From Fidelibacterota bacterium (GTDB lineage: Bacteria > Fidelibacterota > Marinisomatia > Marinisomatales > TCS55), in contig JAPNQO010000057.1 in the NCBI GenBank assembly GCA_027251445.1, positions 1 through 39,521 on the forward strand: 39,521 nt of DNA. Reading direction: 5' to 3'. Each line of letters begins with the position of its first letter. Within the stretch, counting starts at the first letter, position 1. Both the position numbers and the translations under genes were made by a program. The notes beneath the pieces are model-generated. The model saw only the letters and a program-made list of their open reading frames with translations. It had not been told where the DNA came from and searched no databases. Below, in pieces: positions 39,101 through 39,521 of this stretch.

Positions 39101-39131
39101 AGATTAAAGTATTTTTAACTGTTCTTGTCAA
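36117..39131 (-). CDS. TonB-dependent receptor with N-terminal carboxypeptidase-regulatory-like domain
   Basis: GKVQGTITD...LPG.NV...G.YSIT...IGF; plug GGLSAEYGNAQAGVINIVTKEG; YIQDKMEY, SPRIG; C-terminal NLFN...PREIQVGVRTSF. Confidence 0.93.
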   Translation of the reverse strand: MTRTVKNTLILLLVIGFTISYAGITGKVQGTITDQNGQPLPGSNVMILGTNRGAAADENGFYIILNMPPGKYSITAKMIGFKSITKTDMSVNSDRTTEVNFSLSEEAIGMDEVQVMADKPKVEVDRTYSEYIVTSDDIERSVMVKSVADLISLEPGMDVNGKGMIRGGDMNSIAADVVYYVDGVKMTSSDGLTLNNFTGVGKYDIESISIITGGLSAEYGNAQAGVINIVTKEGTDSFHGNFEYSNEFGGANHWGPNLYDAAIHQGKMQWDNPEWVNEIDSRTGELVHKRIDYTRFAGYALQGNVSGPLMKGVSFFLGGRTNKNAINNISPLSYSPENFEGTWKLSLNLHPKVSIKFGGVYSENWSFHSTANVGGIKGMEDDGKNIFLPMGNSSSGKIINNDQMSYMAISHMLSERTFYELRISKSINSQTPEETPDSTMEIRKDEDNWFNLPRDVYAFNEGSRNRFQVKFDFTTQFNKNNLLKTGIDYIDYSVWARNYSDELNKRELHYIGHHHRTGDPVRPKQFAWYIQDKMEYKGLVLNAGIRMDHFDPSVKHPLTTAMAASDYFFDTFTRFNYDSLESFGLLEKTKPITAWSPRIGVAHPITDRSMIHFFYGHIYQLASFYTMYGERWINDGTRDSDYNDNNLNDDAELYNKLEEGFFGNPRLTYEKTISFELGFDWNFYSDYILALSTFYKSSSNQVSSPGTVQLNWWDPAKQMFDFQFTHMAGNGIHEDIQGFELSLKKSFNNYIGFNIAYNIQWAVKGEAGVGSQFWIPDSAFVADGRFWTMYSTNDDGSETPRPLAPVFLANQYASKANTFIDSLRSLGMEVIEAGNTGLHYVQFWGGTEEEPKPDSDIRNYGKAQLFISTPDKFGPMGLFGNITANIIYRMSTGNPFEYSPIGGASEWRNGPLTTRTDMSFEKVVLQKNNSRATLYIQISNLFNQRDIRGDGSFSSIYGPGEFIRWGMENPRPDNKQYQDYGDFYANTRYHGSPREIQVGVRTSF

Positions 39132-39160
39132 TATTTTACTCTTCCTAATATTACGAAGGC

Positions 39161-39192
39161 AAAAAAAGACCGCCAGTTTCCTGGCGGCCTTT
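39161..39192 (-). terminator. Rho-independent terminator (minus strand)
   Basis: On the minus strand AAAGGCCGCCAG-GAAA-CTGGCGGTC-TTTTTTT: GC stem, GNRA loop and U7 tail, about 10 nt after the upstream stop. Confidence 0.88.
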
Positions 39193-39201
39193 ATACAAGA
39201 T

Positions 39202-39521
39202 TTATTTGACTAGTAATAATTTCTTTGTTTGAGAAAAATTACCTGATTCAAGTTGATAGAAATATACACCTGTTGGCATGCTTGCAGCATTCCAACTTAC
39301 TGTATGTCCACCAGCTTGCATAACACCATTTACTAATGTTGCAACCTCTTCACCCATAACATTGAAAACAGTTAATTTTGCATTAGCTGTTTCAGGAATA
39401 TTAAAACGGATATGAGTTGTAGGGTTGAATGGATTAGGATAGTTCTGTCCAAGTTCATATCTTGAAGCAATTGGAGCTTCATCAGAAATTCCCAAACCTG
39501 CAGGTCTTTCATTATACCATA
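39202..39521 (-). CDS. C-terminal end of a secreted protein with T9SS-type CTD (truncated by the window edge)
   Basis: Frame is open to the window end (...WYNERPAGLGISDE); YELGQNYPNPFNP...GVYFYQL...TKKLLLVK. Confidence 0.88.
   Translation of the reverse strand, partial: WYNERPAGLGISDEAPIASRYELGQNYPNPFNPTTHIRFNIPETANAKLTVFNVMGEEVATLVNGVMQAGGHTVSWNAASMPTGVYFYQLESGNFSQTKKLLLVK

Overview
AT-rich (about 30% GC by eye), very compact bacterial DNA with about 36 protein-coding genes. I found no rRNA, tRNA, CRISPR array, transposase or integrase. T9SS-type C-terminal domains (YPNPFNP...KMILLK), a PorV/PorQ-like barrel and a carboxypeptidase-regulatory-domain TonB receptor suggest an FCB-superphylum organism, most plausibly Marinimicrobia/SAR406-like (inference). 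Gene order from left to right: (1) a 5'-truncated transglutaminase-like protein with an ABC ATPase and permease; (2) a structured intergenic element with a perfect SD, a Ser-rich mini-ORF, alternative hairpins and a terminator; (3) umuDC; (4) a MORN lipoprotein / SCO / secreted YHYH protein cluster; (5) a fatty-acid hydroxylase, a ceramidase-family lipoprotein whose annotated start is too far downstream, and a 1234-aa MORN-repeat protein with exact 288-bp tandem units; (6) housekeeping-type genes; (7) a long + strand run containing an SSS symporter with a receiver-like insert and several hydrolases; (8) a minus-strand locus of CTD protein, TonB receptor, FnIII/CTD protein A, PorV-like barrel, GDPD, ceramidase-like protein and FnIII/CTD paralog B. 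The best candidate for an undescribed system is locus (8), a SusD-less TonB/PorV/CTD uptake locus linked to lipid/amide hydrolases. The SCO-YHYH cluster, the receiver-like insert in the SSS symporter and the switch-like RNA upstream of umuDC come next.
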